DNA of 64,000 nt from Escherichia phage UGJNEcP3, in the sequence record OV876907. One strand, 5' to 3'. The notes under the pieces are model-generated. The model saw nothing but the letters and a program-made list of their open reading frames with translations. It made no database searches and was not told the DNA's origin. This document shows, piece by piece, positions 12,510 through 21,670 of the stretch (positions within the stretch are counted from its first letter, which is position 1; each line of letters opens with the position of its first letter). The position numbers and the translations under genes were made by a program.

Positions 12510-14492
12510 ATGGCTTTATTATCACCGGGCATTGAGCTCAAAGAAACGTCCGTACAGAGTACTGTCGTTCGTAACGCAACGGGTCGTGCAGCGCTGGTTG
12601 GTAAATTCCAGTGGGGCCCTGCTTTCCAGGTAACTCAGATTACTAATGAAGTTGAACTGGTCGACTTATTTGGAGGTCCTAATAACGAAGTTGCTGATTA
12701 CTTCATGTCGGGTATGAACTTCCTCCAGTATGGTAACGACCTTCGTACTGTTCGTGTTGTTAACCGTGAATTCGCTAAAAACGCGTCTCCGGTAGCAGGT
12801 AACGTCCAAACCACTATTACTACTGCAGGTTCTAACTATGCGGTAGGCGATAAAATTAATATCAAATATAACCAGACTGTTGTTGAATCTGAAGGTCGTG
12901 TAACTTCGGTTGATACCGACGGTAAAATTATGTCGGTGTTTATTCCTACCGGTAAGATTATTTCTTATGCTCGTTCTGTCAACCAATATCCAGACCTTGG
13001 CCCTGCGTGGACGGCCGAAGTAACTTCTGCCTCTTCAGGTGTTTCTGGTACTATTACTGTCGGTAAAATCGTAACCGATTCTGGTATTCTGTTGACTGAA
13101 GCAGAGAACAGTGAAGAAGCTATTACTTCCCTGGAATTCCAAGCATCTCTTAAACAGTTTGCTATGCCGGGCGTAGTTGCTCTTTATCCTGGTGAAATTG
13201 GCAGCACCTTAGAAGTTGAAATTGTTTCTAAAGCAGCTTATGATGCCGGTTCTACTAAAATGTTGGATATTTATCCAAATGGTGGTTCCCGTGCTTCTAT
13301 TGCCAAGGCAGTATTTAACTACGGCCCACAAACAGATGACCAATATGCAATTATTGTTCGTCGTGACGGTGCTATCGTAGAATCCGTCGTACTTTCTACC
13401 AAAGAAGGTGAAAAAGACGTTTATGGTAATAACATTTATCTCGATGACTATTTCGCTAAAGGCACTTCCAACTATATTTTTGCTACCTCTTTGAATTGGC
13501 CTAAAGGCTTCAGTGGTATCATTAATCTGATGGGCGGTGTTTCTGCTAACGATAAAGTTACTGCAGGTGATTTGATGCAGGGTTGGGATTTGTTTGCCGA
13601 TCGTGAAGCACTCCATATTAACCTTTTGATTGCCGGTGCTGTTGCCGGTGAAGGTGATGAAGTTGCTTCTACCGTCCAGAAACACGTGGTGAGCATCGCT
13701 GATGAACGTCAGGATTGCTTGGCATTTATTTCTCCTCCTAAAGGACTGTTGGTTAACGTTCCGTTGACTCGTGCAGTAGATAATCTTATCGACTGGCGTA
13801 CCGGTGCAGGTACTTTCGATGCCAACAACATGAACATTAGCACCACTTATGCTGCTATTGATGGTAACTATAAATATCAGTATGACAAATATAATGACGT
13901 AAACCGTTGGGTGCCTCTGGCCGCTGATATGGCTGGTTTGTGTGCACGTACTGATGATGTTTCTCAGCCTTGGATGTCTCCGGCGGGTTATAACCGTGGC
14001 CAGATTCTTAACGTTCTGAAATTGGCAATTGAACCACGTCAAGCTCAACGTGACCGCATGTACCAAGAAGCTATTAACCCAGTTGTTGGTTTTGCTGGTG
14101 GCGATGGTTTCGTATTGTTTGGTGATAAGACTGCAACTAAAGTTCCATCTCCGATGGACCACATTAACGTTCGCCGTCTGTTCAACATGCTTAAGAAAAA
14201 TATCGGTGATGCCTCTAAATATAAACTGTTTGAATTGAACGACAGCTTCACTCGTTCAAGCTTCCGTATGGAAGTTTCTCAGTACTTAGATGGTATTAAG
14301 GCACTTGGTGGGATTTATGAAGGACGTGTGGTTTGTGATACTACGGTGAACACCCCTGCGGTTATCGACCGTAACGAGTTTATTGCTAATATATACATCA
14401 AACCGGCGAGATCGATAAATTATATCACTCTTAATTTCGTGGCTACTTCTACCGGTGCAGATTTTGACGAGTTGATTGGACCACTAGTTTAA
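12510..14492 (+). CDS. 18: tail sheath protein gp18
   Basis: ORF track; TATAAATA at 12473-12480 upstream; size and position as T4 gene 18. Confidence 0.92.
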   Translation: MALLSPGIELKETSVQSTVVRNATGRAALVGKFQWGPAFQVTQITNEVELVDLFGGPNNEVADYFMSGMNFLQYGNDLRTVRVVNREFAKNASPVAGNVQTTITTAGSNYAVGDKINIKYNQTVVESEGRVTSVDTDGKIMSVFIPTGKIISYARSVNQYPDLGPAWTAEVTSASSGVSGTITVGKIVTDSGILLTEAENSEEAITSLEFQASLKQFAMPGVVALYPGEIGSTLEVEIVSKAAYDAGSTKMLDIYPNGGSRASIAKAVFNYGPQTDDQYAIIVRRDGAIVESVVLSTKEGEKDVYGNNIYLDDYFAKGTSNYIFATSLNWPKGFSGIINLMGGVSANDKVTAGDLMQGWDLFADREALHINLLIAGAVAGEGDEVASTVQKHVVSIADERQDCLAFISPPKGLLVNVPLTRAVDNLIDWRTGAGTFDANNMNISTTYAAIDGNYKYQYDKYNDVNRWVPLAADMAGLCARTDDVSQPWMSPAGYNRGQILNVLKLAIEPRQAQRDRMYQEAINPVVGFAGGDGFVLFGDKTATKVPSPMDHINVRRLFNMLKKNIGDASKYKLFELNDSFTRSSFRMEVSQYLDGIKALGGIYEGRVVCDTTVNTPAVIDRNEFIANIYIKPARSINYITLNFVATSTGADFDELIGPLV

Positions 14493-14522
14493 GTTTACTT
14501 GCTCTAAGCTTTATGGTATAAT
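14493..14522 (+). promoter_or_regulatory. early-type promoter GTTTACT-N17-TATAAT driving the HNH gene
   Basis: GTTTAC right after gp18 stop, 17-nt spacer, perfect TATAAT; hairpin and AAGGA RBS follow. Confidence 0.55.
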
Positions 14523-14544
14523 GCGCGTATACACAATACGCGCA
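14522..14544 (+). promoter_or_regulatory. stem-loop in the HNH gene leader
   Basis: Perfect 9-bp stem TGCGCGTAT / ATACGCGCA with ACACA loop, between promoter -10 and RBS. Confidence 0.45.
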
Positions 14545-14556
14545 AGGATTTCTAAA

Positions 14557-15177
14557 GTGATTATTACTAAATTTGTTGATGTAAAAATAAATACTAACAA
14601 TTACAGTTATTTCTTAGACTTAGGGTATGAGTTGGAACCTCTAGGAGCACCGAAGCATGGGCATAAGTGCCAAACTATTCGAGCAAAAGTTTCTGATTTA
14701 AAGGATGGTTCTAATAAAGAAGTTCAATGTATCTGCGATAAATGTGGCACAGAATTCAAACAAAGGATTGCTAGAAATACCGATGTATGTTATCCTTGTA
14801 GGCGTCATGAAGCTCTTATAGGTAACACCCACGGTAAAGCTAATAAAGGTAAAACTCTACCTCATATGCAAGGTGAAAACCATCCAAGATGGAACCCTAA
14901 TAAATCTGAATACTTTGCTTATGCAGCAAAGGTCAGAGCTGTTACTTATGCTTGTAAAGACGAGTGGATGGCTTGGGAAAATGCCGATAAAATAGGGCTA
15001 TGTGGAGTTGAAGGTGCTTACCAATTAGACCATAAGGTTTCAGTAGCTTATGGGTTCTATAACCATATCCCGGCAGAGATAATTGGACAATTATCAAATT
15101 TAGAAATAATCACTTGGGAATCCAATAGAGCTAAAAGTAAGTCTAGTTCAATAGACTTATGGGACTTACTATCCTAA
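14557..15177 (+). CDS. free-standing HNH endonuclease (putative homing endonuclease)
   Basis: Zn-ribbon CxxC...CxxC then HNH-like LDHKVS...NL...NRAK; no T4 gene at this position; GTG 14557 follows AAGGA; ATG 14521 lies inside a hairpin so start is uncertain. Confidence 0.65.
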   Translation: MIITKFVDVKINTNNYSYFLDLGYELEPLGAPKHGHKCQTIRAKVSDLKDGSNKEVQCICDKCGTEFKQRIARNTDVCYPCRRHEALIGNTHGKANKGKTLPHMQGENHPRWNPNKSEYFAYAAKVRAVTYACKDEWMAWENADKIGLCGVEGAYQLDHKVSVAYGFYNHIPAEIIGQLSNLEIITWESNRAKSKSSSIDLWDLLS

Positions 15178-15324
15178 ATAAATTATATTATTAGTATAAT
15201 CTATTATCCCAGGCTGTAATATAAAGAACCTAAAACCATTATACCATGTGTTTGGTTACAGCGTACATCACGTAGAATTGCGCCTGGGATTGATTATTCT
15301 CTTGGAATATGATTTATCAACTGT

Positions 15325-15332
15325 TATAAATA
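15325..15332 (+). promoter_or_regulatory. T4-type late promoter TATAAATA (gene 19)
   Basis: Exact TATAAATA upstream of gp19; an 8-bp hairpin (15346-15366) lies between it and the RBS. Confidence 0.55.
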
Positions 15333-15384
15333 AATTAATCAGAACGTTCCTGGTGTGTCCAGGAACTGACTTAAGAGGCATCCC

Positions 15385-15876
15385 ATGGAGTTGACAGATA
15401 TCACTCGTGCGTTTGAGTCAGGTGACTTTGCACGCCCTAACCTTTTCGAAGTGGAAATTCCATTTCTCGGTAAAAACTTTAGCTTTAAATGTAAAGCAGC
15501 ACCTATGCCAGCAGGCATTGTAGAAAAAGTACCGGTTGGCTACATGAACCGTAAAATTAACGTAGCTGGTGACCGTACGTTTGATGATTGGACCATTACC
15601 ATTTATAACGATGATGCTCATGACACCCGTCAGGCAATTGTTGATTGGCAGAATCTCTGTCATGGTATGACCAATGAAATCACCGGTGCAGCACCTGCAG
15701 AATATAAGAAACAAGCAGTAGTTCGCCAGTTCCATCGTGACGGCAAGACTGTGACCAAAGAAGTTACAATTTACGGCTTATGGCCTACTAACGTTGGTGA
15801 AGTCCAGATGGATTGGGACAGCAACAACGAGGTAGAAACTTTCGAATCTACGTTCGCTATCGATTGGTGGGAATGA
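15385..15876 (+). CDS. 19: tail tube protein gp19
   Basis: ORF track; AAGAGG RBS; TATAAATA at 15325-15332; size and position as T4 gene 19. Confidence 0.9.
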   Translation: MELTDITRAFESGDFARPNLFEVEIPFLGKNFSFKCKAAPMPAGIVEKVPVGYMNRKINVAGDRTFDDWTITIYNDDAHDTRQAIVDWQNLCHGMTNEITGAAPAEYKKQAVVRQFHRDGKTVTKEVTIYGLWPTNVGEVQMDWDSNNEVETFESTFAIDWWE

Positions 15877-15877
15877 G

Positions 15878-15885
15878 TATAAATA
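15878..15885 (+). promoter_or_regulatory. T4-type late promoter TATAAATA (gene 20)
   Basis: Exact TATAAATA directly after gp19 stop. Confidence 0.55.
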
Positions 15886-15894
15886 GAATTATCA

Positions 15895-15910
15895 AGGAGC
15901 TTCGGCTCCT
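15895..15910 (+). terminator. UUCG hairpin between gene 19 and gene 20 (no clear U-tract)
   Basis: AGGAGC-TTCG-GCTCCT; lies downstream of the gene 20 late promoter box, so may be a leader structure. Confidence 0.35.
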
Positions 15911-15933
15911 TATCCCATTCATCGGAGACTCTA

Positions 15934-17508
15934 ATGGCAAACTTTAATACAATATTAAGTTTTCTTAAGCCATGGGCTAATGAAGACGAAAAAGAATATA
16001 AACAACAAATTAATAACAATTTAGAGTCTGTCACCGCACCTAAGCTTGATGATGGCGCTCGCGAAATTGAGACACAAGAGCAAAATATTCCTTATAATGC
16101 TCTTATGCAACAGATGTTTGGTAGTAATGAGCCTGAAGTTAAAAATACCAGGGAACTTATTGATACCTACCGTAATTTAATGAACAACTATGAAGTCGAC
16201 AACGCCGTACAGGAAATTGTGTCTGACGCTATTGTCTATGAGGATGATAAAGAAGTAGTTGCATTGAATTTAGACGGGACAGAATTTAGTCAAGCAATTA
16301 AAGATAAAATCTTGGCCGAATTCAGTGAAGTTTTAAACCTTTTAAATTTCCAACGTAAAGGCACTGACCATTTCCAACGATGGTATGTTGACTCAAGAAT
16401 TTTCTTTCATAAAATTATAAACCCTAAAAAAATGAAAGACGGCGTACAAGAGCTTCGTCGCTTAGACCCACGCCAAGTCCAATATATTCGTGAAATCGTT
16501 ACACGTATGGAAGATGGCGTTAAAGTTGTAGACGGATATCGCGAGTTTTTCGTTTATGATACAGGCCATGAAAGTTATTGCGCTGATGGACGCATTTATT
16601 CAGCCGGGACTAAAGTTAAAATTCCTCGTGCTGCAGTGGTTTATGCACATTCTGGATTATTGGATTGTTGTGGTAAAAACATCATTGGCTATTTGCAACG
16701 TGCTATTAAGCCTGCAAACCAGCTTAAATTGATGGAAGACGCAATGGTCATTTACCGTATTACCCGTGCTCCCGACCGTCGTGTGTTTTATATCGATACC
16801 GGTAATATGCCTTCACGTAAGGCCGCAGCACAAATGCAACATATCATGAACACGATGAAAAACCGTGTGGTGTATGATGCTTCGACAGGTAAAATTAAAA
16901 ACCAACAACACAATATGTCCATGACTGAAGACTATTGGTTGCAACGTCGTGACGGTAAAGCGGTAACAGAAGTTGATACAATGCCAGGTGCTACTGGTAT
17001 GAGTGATATGGATGACGTTCTTTATTTCCGCACAGCACTTTATCGTGCGCTGCGTGTTCCTGAATCACGTATCCCTAGCGAGTCTAATTCCGGTGTTATG
17101 TTTGATGCCGGTACAGCTATAACTCGTGACGAATTAAAATTCTCTAAATGGATTCGTCAACTACAAAACAAATTTGAAGAAATTTTCCTAGACCCGTTAA
17201 AAACAAACCTCATTCTTAAAAAGATTATTACAGAAGATGAGTGGGAAAAGGAAATAAATAATATTAAAGTTACGTTTAACCGTGATAGCTATTTCAGTGA
17301 AATGAAAGATGCTGAAATCATGGAACGCAGAATCAATATGCTAACGATGGCTGAACCATTTATTGGTAAGTACATTTCACATCAAACGGCTATGAAAGAT
17401 TTCCTCCAAATGACTGACGAAGAAATTAATCAAGAAGCTAAGCAAATTGAAGAAGAGTCTAAAGAGGCTCGTTTCCAAAACCCAGATGAAGAAGAAGAGG
17501 ATTTCTAA
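15934..17508 (+). CDS. 20: portal vertex protein gp20
   Basis: ORF track; TATAAATA at 15878-15885; size and position as T4 gene 20. Confidence 0.92.
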   Translation: MANFNTILSFLKPWANEDEKEYKQQINNNLESVTAPKLDDGAREIETQEQNIPYNALMQQMFGSNEPEVKNTRELIDTYRNLMNNYEVDNAVQEIVSDAIVYEDDKEVVALNLDGTEFSQAIKDKILAEFSEVLNLLNFQRKGTDHFQRWYVDSRIFFHKIINPKKMKDGVQELRRLDPRQVQYIREIVTRMEDGVKVVDGYREFFVYDTGHESYCADGRIYSAGTKVKIPRAAVVYAHSGLLDCCGKNIIGYLQRAIKPANQLKLMEDAMVIYRITRAPDRRVFYIDTGNMPSRKAAAQMQHIMNTMKNRVVYDASTGKIKNQQHNMSMTEDYWLQRRDGKAVTEVDTMPGATGMSDMDDVLYFRTALYRALRVPESRIPSESNSGVMFDAGTAITRDELKFSKWIRQLQNKFEEIFLDPLKTNLILKKIITEDEWEKEINNIKVTFNRDSYFSEMKDAEIMERRINMLTMAEPFIGKYISHQTAMKDFLQMTDEEINQEAKQIEEESKEARFQNPDEEEEDF

Positions 17509-17762
17509 TGGAAGATTTAATCGAAGCTATTAAATCAAACGACCTCGTAGCAGTTCGTAAAGCAGCAGGCCCGCTTATCGAATCTCGAGTAGCCGCTTTG
17601 ATTGAAGCCCGTAAAGCAGAAATTGCTCGCTCCGTTATGATTGAAGGCGAAGAAGCTGACGAAGATGACGAAGACGAAGATGACAAAAAATCCGATAAAG
17701 CAGATAAGAAAGACAAAAAAGAATCTGACGATGCGGATGATGACGACGAGGACGACGAATAA
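17508..17762 (+). CDS. 67: prohead core protein gp67
   Basis: ORF track; small protein with strongly acidic Asp/Glu C-terminal tail; overlapping start/stop in the 20-67-68-21 cluster. Confidence 0.8.
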   Translation: MEDLIEAIKSNDLVAVRKAAGPLIESRVAALIEARKAEIARSVMIEGEEADEDDEDEDDKKSDKADKKDKKESDDADDDDEDDE

Positions 17763-18190
17763 TGTTCCTTATCCCTGATGATTACGAATTAACTCTAGAA
17801 AGCGTAGAGGCCAAAATTCCAGAAGCACAGGGACGTTTTGCTGCTCTTTCTGAAGCGCTCGAGAAAAGCGATATAAATAATCTTGTAGAGAACATGATTG
17901 CTGAAGGCGATATCGAATGTGCTATCGCTCTTGGTTCTTTAAATGAATCAATGGCTCTTAACGAATTTATCGTTAAACACGTTTCCTCTAAAGGTGTGCT
18001 TACTCGTACTAAAGATATTAAAACCCGTCAGCGTAACGCATTCCAAACGACGGGTTTATCTAAAGCAAAGCGCCGTCAGATTGCTCGCAAAGCATCTAAA
18101 ACCAAACGTGCTAATCCATCTACTCAAGTACGTGCCGAACGTAAGCGTAAGAAAGCCCGTTCTAAACGTAAAGCTTTTGGACTTAACTAA
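17762..18190 (+). CDS. 68: prohead core protein gp68
   Basis: ORF track; basic C-terminus; position between 67 and 21. Confidence 0.8.
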   Translation: MFLIPDDYELTLESVEAKIPEAQGRFAALSEALEKSDINNLVENMIAEGDIECAIALGSLNESMALNEFIVKHVSSKGVLTRTKDIKTRQRNAFQTTGLSKAKRRQIARKASKTKRANPSTQVRAERKRKKARSKRKAFGLN

Positions 18191-18825
18191 TGAAACCTGA
18201 ATTGCTCATCGAACATTGGGGACAACCAGGTGAAATTATCAATGGGGTTCCTATGTTGGAATCTCATGATGGAAAAGATTCTGGACTTGCCCCAGGCCTT
18301 TATATAGAAGGCATTTTCATGCAAGCAGAGGTAGTTAACCGTAATAAACGCCTTTACCCAAAACCTATTTTGGAAAAAGCCGTTGCCAACTACATGGCGG
18401 AACAAGTTGCTACTAAACAAGCTTTAGGAGAATTAAACCATCCACCTCGTGCTAACGTTGACCCTATGCAAGCTGCTATCATTATTGAAGATATGTGGTG
18501 GAAAGGTAATGATGTTTATGGACGTGCACGTATCATCGAAGGTGACCATGGCCCTGGTGATAAACTAGCCGCAAATATCCGAGCTGGCTGGGTTCCTGGT
18601 GTTAGTTCTCGTGGTCTAGGTTCTTTAACCGAAACCAACAAAGGATATAAGCGTGTAAACGAAGGTTATAAATTAACCGTCGGTGTTGATGCAGTATGGG
18701 GTCCATCTGCTCCTGATGCTTATGTAACTCCTAAACAAATTACAGAATCACAAACGGTAGATACCGATACCAGTGCCGATGACGCCTTTATGGCTCTCGC
18801 AGAGGCCATGAAAAAAGCGTTATAA
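18190..18825 (+). CDS. 21: prohead core scaffold protein and protease gp21
   Basis: ORF track; size and position as T4 gene 21. Confidence 0.88.
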   Translation: MKPELLIEHWGQPGEIINGVPMLESHDGKDSGLAPGLYIEGIFMQAEVVNRNKRLYPKPILEKAVANYMAEQVATKQALGELNHPPRANVDPMQAAIIIEDMWWKGNDVYGRARIIEGDHGPGDKLAANIRAGWVPGVSSRGLGSLTETNKGYKRVNEGYKLTVGVDAVWGPSAPDAYVTPKQITESQTVDTDTSADDAFMALAEAMKKAL

Positions 18826-18828
18826 ATA
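18821..18828 (+). promoter_or_regulatory. T4-type late promoter TATAAATA (gene 22)
   Basis: Exact TATAAATA overlapping gp21 stop, 27 nt upstream of gp22 ATG. Confidence 0.55.
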
Positions 18829-18855
18829 TTATTATCTAAACAACAGGACTACAAA

Positions 18856-19671
18856 ATGCTTAAAGAACAACTGATCGCCGAAGCACAGAATATTGATGCT
18901 TCCGTTGCTCTTGACAGTATTTTCGAATCAGTTAATATTTCTCCGGAAGCAAAAGAAACTTTCGGCACTGTATTCGAAGCTACCGTCAAGCAACACGCCG
19001 TGAAACTGGCTGAATCTCACATCGCTAAAATCGCTGAAAAAGCGGAAGAAGAAGTCGAGAAAAATAAAGAAGAAGCTGAAGAAAAAGCTGATAAGAAAAT
19101 CCAAGAAGCTGCCGGTCGTTTCCTTGACCACGTTGCTAAAGAATGGATGGCTGAAAACCAGCTGGCTGTTGATAAAGGTATTAAAGCCGAACTGTTCGAA
19201 TCCATGTTGATGGGTATGAAAGAACTGTTTGTTGAACACAATGTGGTTGTTCCAGAAGAAGCAGTAGATGTTGTTGCTGAAATGGAAGAAGAACTCCAAG
19301 AGCAGAAAGATGAAACCGCCCGTCTGTTCGAAGAAGTTGGTAAGCGCGATGCGTATATTAATTACGTACAGCGTGAAGTTGCTGTTACGGAAGCAACTAA
19401 AGACCTGACCGAATCTCAAAAAGAAAAAGTCAGTTCTCTGGTAGAAGGCATGGATTATTCCGATGCATTCGGTAAAAAAATTGGCGCTATTGTTGAAATG
19501 GTTAAAGGTCAGTCTGACGTTGAAAACCCAATCACCGAAGCCGCTATAAATAAAAATGTAGACGATGCTGCGGCACTGAATTACATTTCAGAAGCAGTTG
19601 AAGAAAAAGGCGCTAAGCCTACCCTGTCCTTCGCGGACCTGTCTGCAATCGCAGCATCACGAATTTCTTAA
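18856..19671 (+). CDS. 22: prohead core scaffold protein gp22
   Basis: ORF track; Glu/Lys/Ala-rich coiled-coil-like sequence; TATAAATA at 18821-18828. Confidence 0.88.
   Translation: MLKEQLIAEAQNIDASVALDSIFESVNISPEAKETFGTVFEATVKQHAVKLAESHIAKIAEKAEEEVEKNKEEAEEKADKKIQEAAGRFLDHVAKEWMAENQLAVDKGIKAELFESMLMGMKELFVEHNVVVPEEAVDVVAEMEEELQEQKDETARLFEEVGKRDAYINYVQREVAVTEATKDLTESQKEKVSSLVEGMDYSDAFGKKIGAIVEMVKGQSDVENPITEAAINKNVDDAAALNYISEAVEEKGAKPTLSFADLSAIAASRIS
19545..19552 (+). promoter_or_regulatory. candidate late promoter TATAAATA inside gene 22 (possible gene 23 promoter)
   Basis: Exact TATAAATA about 140 nt upstream of gp23 ATG; no consensus box in the short 22-23 spacer. Confidence 0.3.
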
Positions 19672-19692
19672 TTTAATAAGGTTATACAACAC

Positions 19693-21252
19693 ATGAAAAA
19701 GAATGCATTAGTTCAAAAATGGTCCGCTCTGCTGGAAAACGAAGCCCTTCCTGAAATCGTGGGTGCTTCTAAACAAGCTATCATCGCTAAAATTTTCGAA
19801 AACCAGGAACAAGACATCCTGACTGCCCCGGAATACCGTGATGAAAAAATCTCTGAAGCATTTGGTTCTTTCCTGACCGAAGCTGAAATTGGTGGTGACC
19901 ACGGTTATGATGCTACCAATATCGCAGCTGGCCAGACTTCTGGTGCTGTAACTCAGATTGGGCCGGCAGTAATGGGTATGGTTCGTCGTGCTATTCCTCA
20001 TCTGATTGCTTTTGATATTTGTGGTGTTCAGCCTCTGAATAACCCTACCGGCCAGGTATTTGCCCTTCGTGCAGTTTATGGTAAAGACCCTATCGCTGCT
20101 GGCGCTAAAGAAGCTTTCCATCCGATGTATTCTCCGGACTCTATGTTCTCTGGTCAGGGTGCTGCTGAATCTTTCGAAGCACTGGCTGCAAGCAAAGTTC
20201 TGGAAGTTGGTAAAATTTATTCTCACTTCTTCGAAGCTACCGGTGCTGCACACTTCCAGGCTGTTGAAGTTGTAACCGTTGATGCTGCTGCTACCGATGC
20301 CGCTAAACTGGATGCTGCTGTTACCGCTTTGATTGAAGCAGGTAAGTTGGCTGAATTGGCTGAAGGTATGGCTACTTCTATCGCTGAACTCCAGGAAGGC
20401 TTTAACGGTTCTACCGATAACCCGTGGAACGAAATGGGCTTCCGCATCGACAAACAAGTTATCGAAGCTAAATCCCGTCAGCTGAAAGCAAGCTACTCTA
20501 TCGAACTGGCACAGGACCTTCGTGCAGTACACGGTATGGATGCAGATGCTGAACTGTCTGGTATCCTTGCTACTGAAATTATGCTCGAAATCAACCGTGA
20601 AGTTATCGATTGGATTAACTACTCTGCACAGGTTGGTAAATCTGGTATGACCAACACCGTTGGCGCTAAAGCTGGTGTGTTTGACTTCCAGGACCCGATT
20701 GATATCCGTGGTGCTCGTTGGGCCGGTGAGAGCTTTAAAGCCCTTCTGTTCCAGATTGATAAAGAAGCAGCCGAAATCGCTCGTCAGACCGGTCGTGGTG
20801 CTGGTAACTTCATCATCGCTTCCCGTAACGTAGTTAACGTACTGGCTGCAGTTGATACTTCTGTAAGTTATGCAGCTCAAGGTCTGGGTCAAGGTTTCAA
20901 CGTTGACACAACCAAAGCAGTATTTGCTGGTGTTCTTGGTGGTAAATATCGCGTTTACATCGACCAGTATGCACGTTCCGATTACTTCACCATCGGTTAT
21001 AAAGGCGCTAACGAAATGGACGCAGGTATCTACTACGCTCCGTACGTTGCACTGACCCCGCTGCGTGGTTCCGATCCGAAGAACTTCCAACCGGTAATGG
21101 GCTTCAAAACTCGTTACGGTATCGGTATCAACCCGTTCGCTGACCCGTCTGCACAGGCTCCTACCAAACGTATTCAGAGCGGTATGCCTGACATCGTTAA
21201 CAGCCTTGGTCTGAATGGTTACTTCCGTCGCGTATATGTTAAAGGTATCTAA
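19693..21252 (+). CDS. 23: major capsid protein gp23
   Basis: ORF track; strongly biased codon usage; size and position as T4 gene 23; terminator hairpin downstream. Confidence 0.95.
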   Translation: MKKNALVQKWSALLENEALPEIVGASKQAIIAKIFENQEQDILTAPEYRDEKISEAFGSFLTEAEIGGDHGYDATNIAAGQTSGAVTQIGPAVMGMVRRAIPHLIAFDICGVQPLNNPTGQVFALRAVYGKDPIAAGAKEAFHPMYSPDSMFSGQGAAESFEALAASKVLEVGKIYSHFFEATGAAHFQAVEVVTVDAAATDAAKLDAAVTALIEAGKLAELAEGMATSIAELQEGFNGSTDNPWNEMGFRIDKQVIEAKSRQLKASYSIELAQDLRAVHGMDADAELSGILATEIMLEINREVIDWINYSAQVGKSGMTNTVGAKAGVFDFQDPIDIRGARWAGESFKALLFQIDKEAAEIARQTGRGAGNFIIASRNVVNVLAAVDTSVSYAAQGLGQGFNVDTTKAVFAGVLGGKYRVYIDQYARSDYFTIGYKGANEMDAGIYYAPYVALTPLRGSDPKNFQPVMGFKTRYGIGINPFADPSAQAPTKRIQSGMPDIVNSLGLNGYFRRVYVKGI

Positions 21253-21268
21253 GATATAACCTTATTAT

Positions 21269-21286
21269 GGGAGACCGAAGTCTCCC
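21269..21286. terminator. terminator between gene 23 and the convergent minus-strand gene
   Basis: GGGAGAC-CGAA-GTCTCCC followed by T-rich ATTCTTGTTTCT. Confidence 0.6.
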
Positions 21287-21301
21287 ATTCTTGTTTCTGT
21301 A

Positions 21302-21568
21302 CTATGCAATCTTAACTCGGCGGTTGATGATATCACGGAAGTCGATACGATTTTCTTGGATTTTCAGCCAGTTACCAGATTTGTCTTTGGTATGGGCAGA
21401 GTATTCACCGTTCCACCAGAAGTCAGTTTCATAAGCCAGAGCTTCGTATTTCTTAACCAATGCATTAACTGCATTACCGTTAGGATTGGTACCGAATTTT
21501 TCTACCAGAGCTTTGATGTCTTTGTCAAGGTTAGAAAGCGTGGTACGGATAAAGTTTAATTTGTTCAT
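21302..21568 (-). CDS. hypothetical protein, minus-strand early-type gene between 23 and 24
   Basis: ATG 21568 preceded by GAGGAG and a GTTTACA-N17-TACTATAG promoter; track start 21583 lacks an RBS; not recognised. Confidence 0.6.
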   Translation of the reverse strand: MNKLNFIRTTLSNLDKDIKALVEKFGTNPNGNAVNALVKKYEALAYETDFWWNGEYSAHTKDKSGNWLKIQENRIDFRDIINRRVKIA

Positions 21569-21597
21569 TTTTAATCTCCTCATGTTTTGATAGGTCT

Positions 21598-21627
21598 ATA
21601 GTAACACGACGCTTTTTGTGTGTAAAC
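21598..21627 (-). promoter_or_regulatory. early-type promoter GTTTACA-N17-TACTATAG
   Basis: Upstream of minus-strand gene 21302-21568. Confidence 0.5.
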
Positions 21628-21633
21628 CACTTT

Positions 21634-21641
21634 TATAAATA
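21634..21641 (+). promoter_or_regulatory. T4-type late promoter TATAAATA (gene 24)
   Basis: Exact TATAAATA 29 nt upstream of gp24 ATG. Confidence 0.6.
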
Positions 21642-21670
21642 AAATTATATTCTCAATAAGGAAAATAGCA

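Noticed and set aside
13209-14162. 317-aa minus-strand ORF inside gene 18
   Set aside because: Antisense shadow ORF within the well-supported tail sheath gene; no expression signals.
19708-21090. 460-aa minus-strand ORF entirely inside gene 23
   Set aside because: Antisense to the major capsid gene, whose biased codon usage leaves the opposite frame free of stops; low-complexity product, no RBS or promoter.
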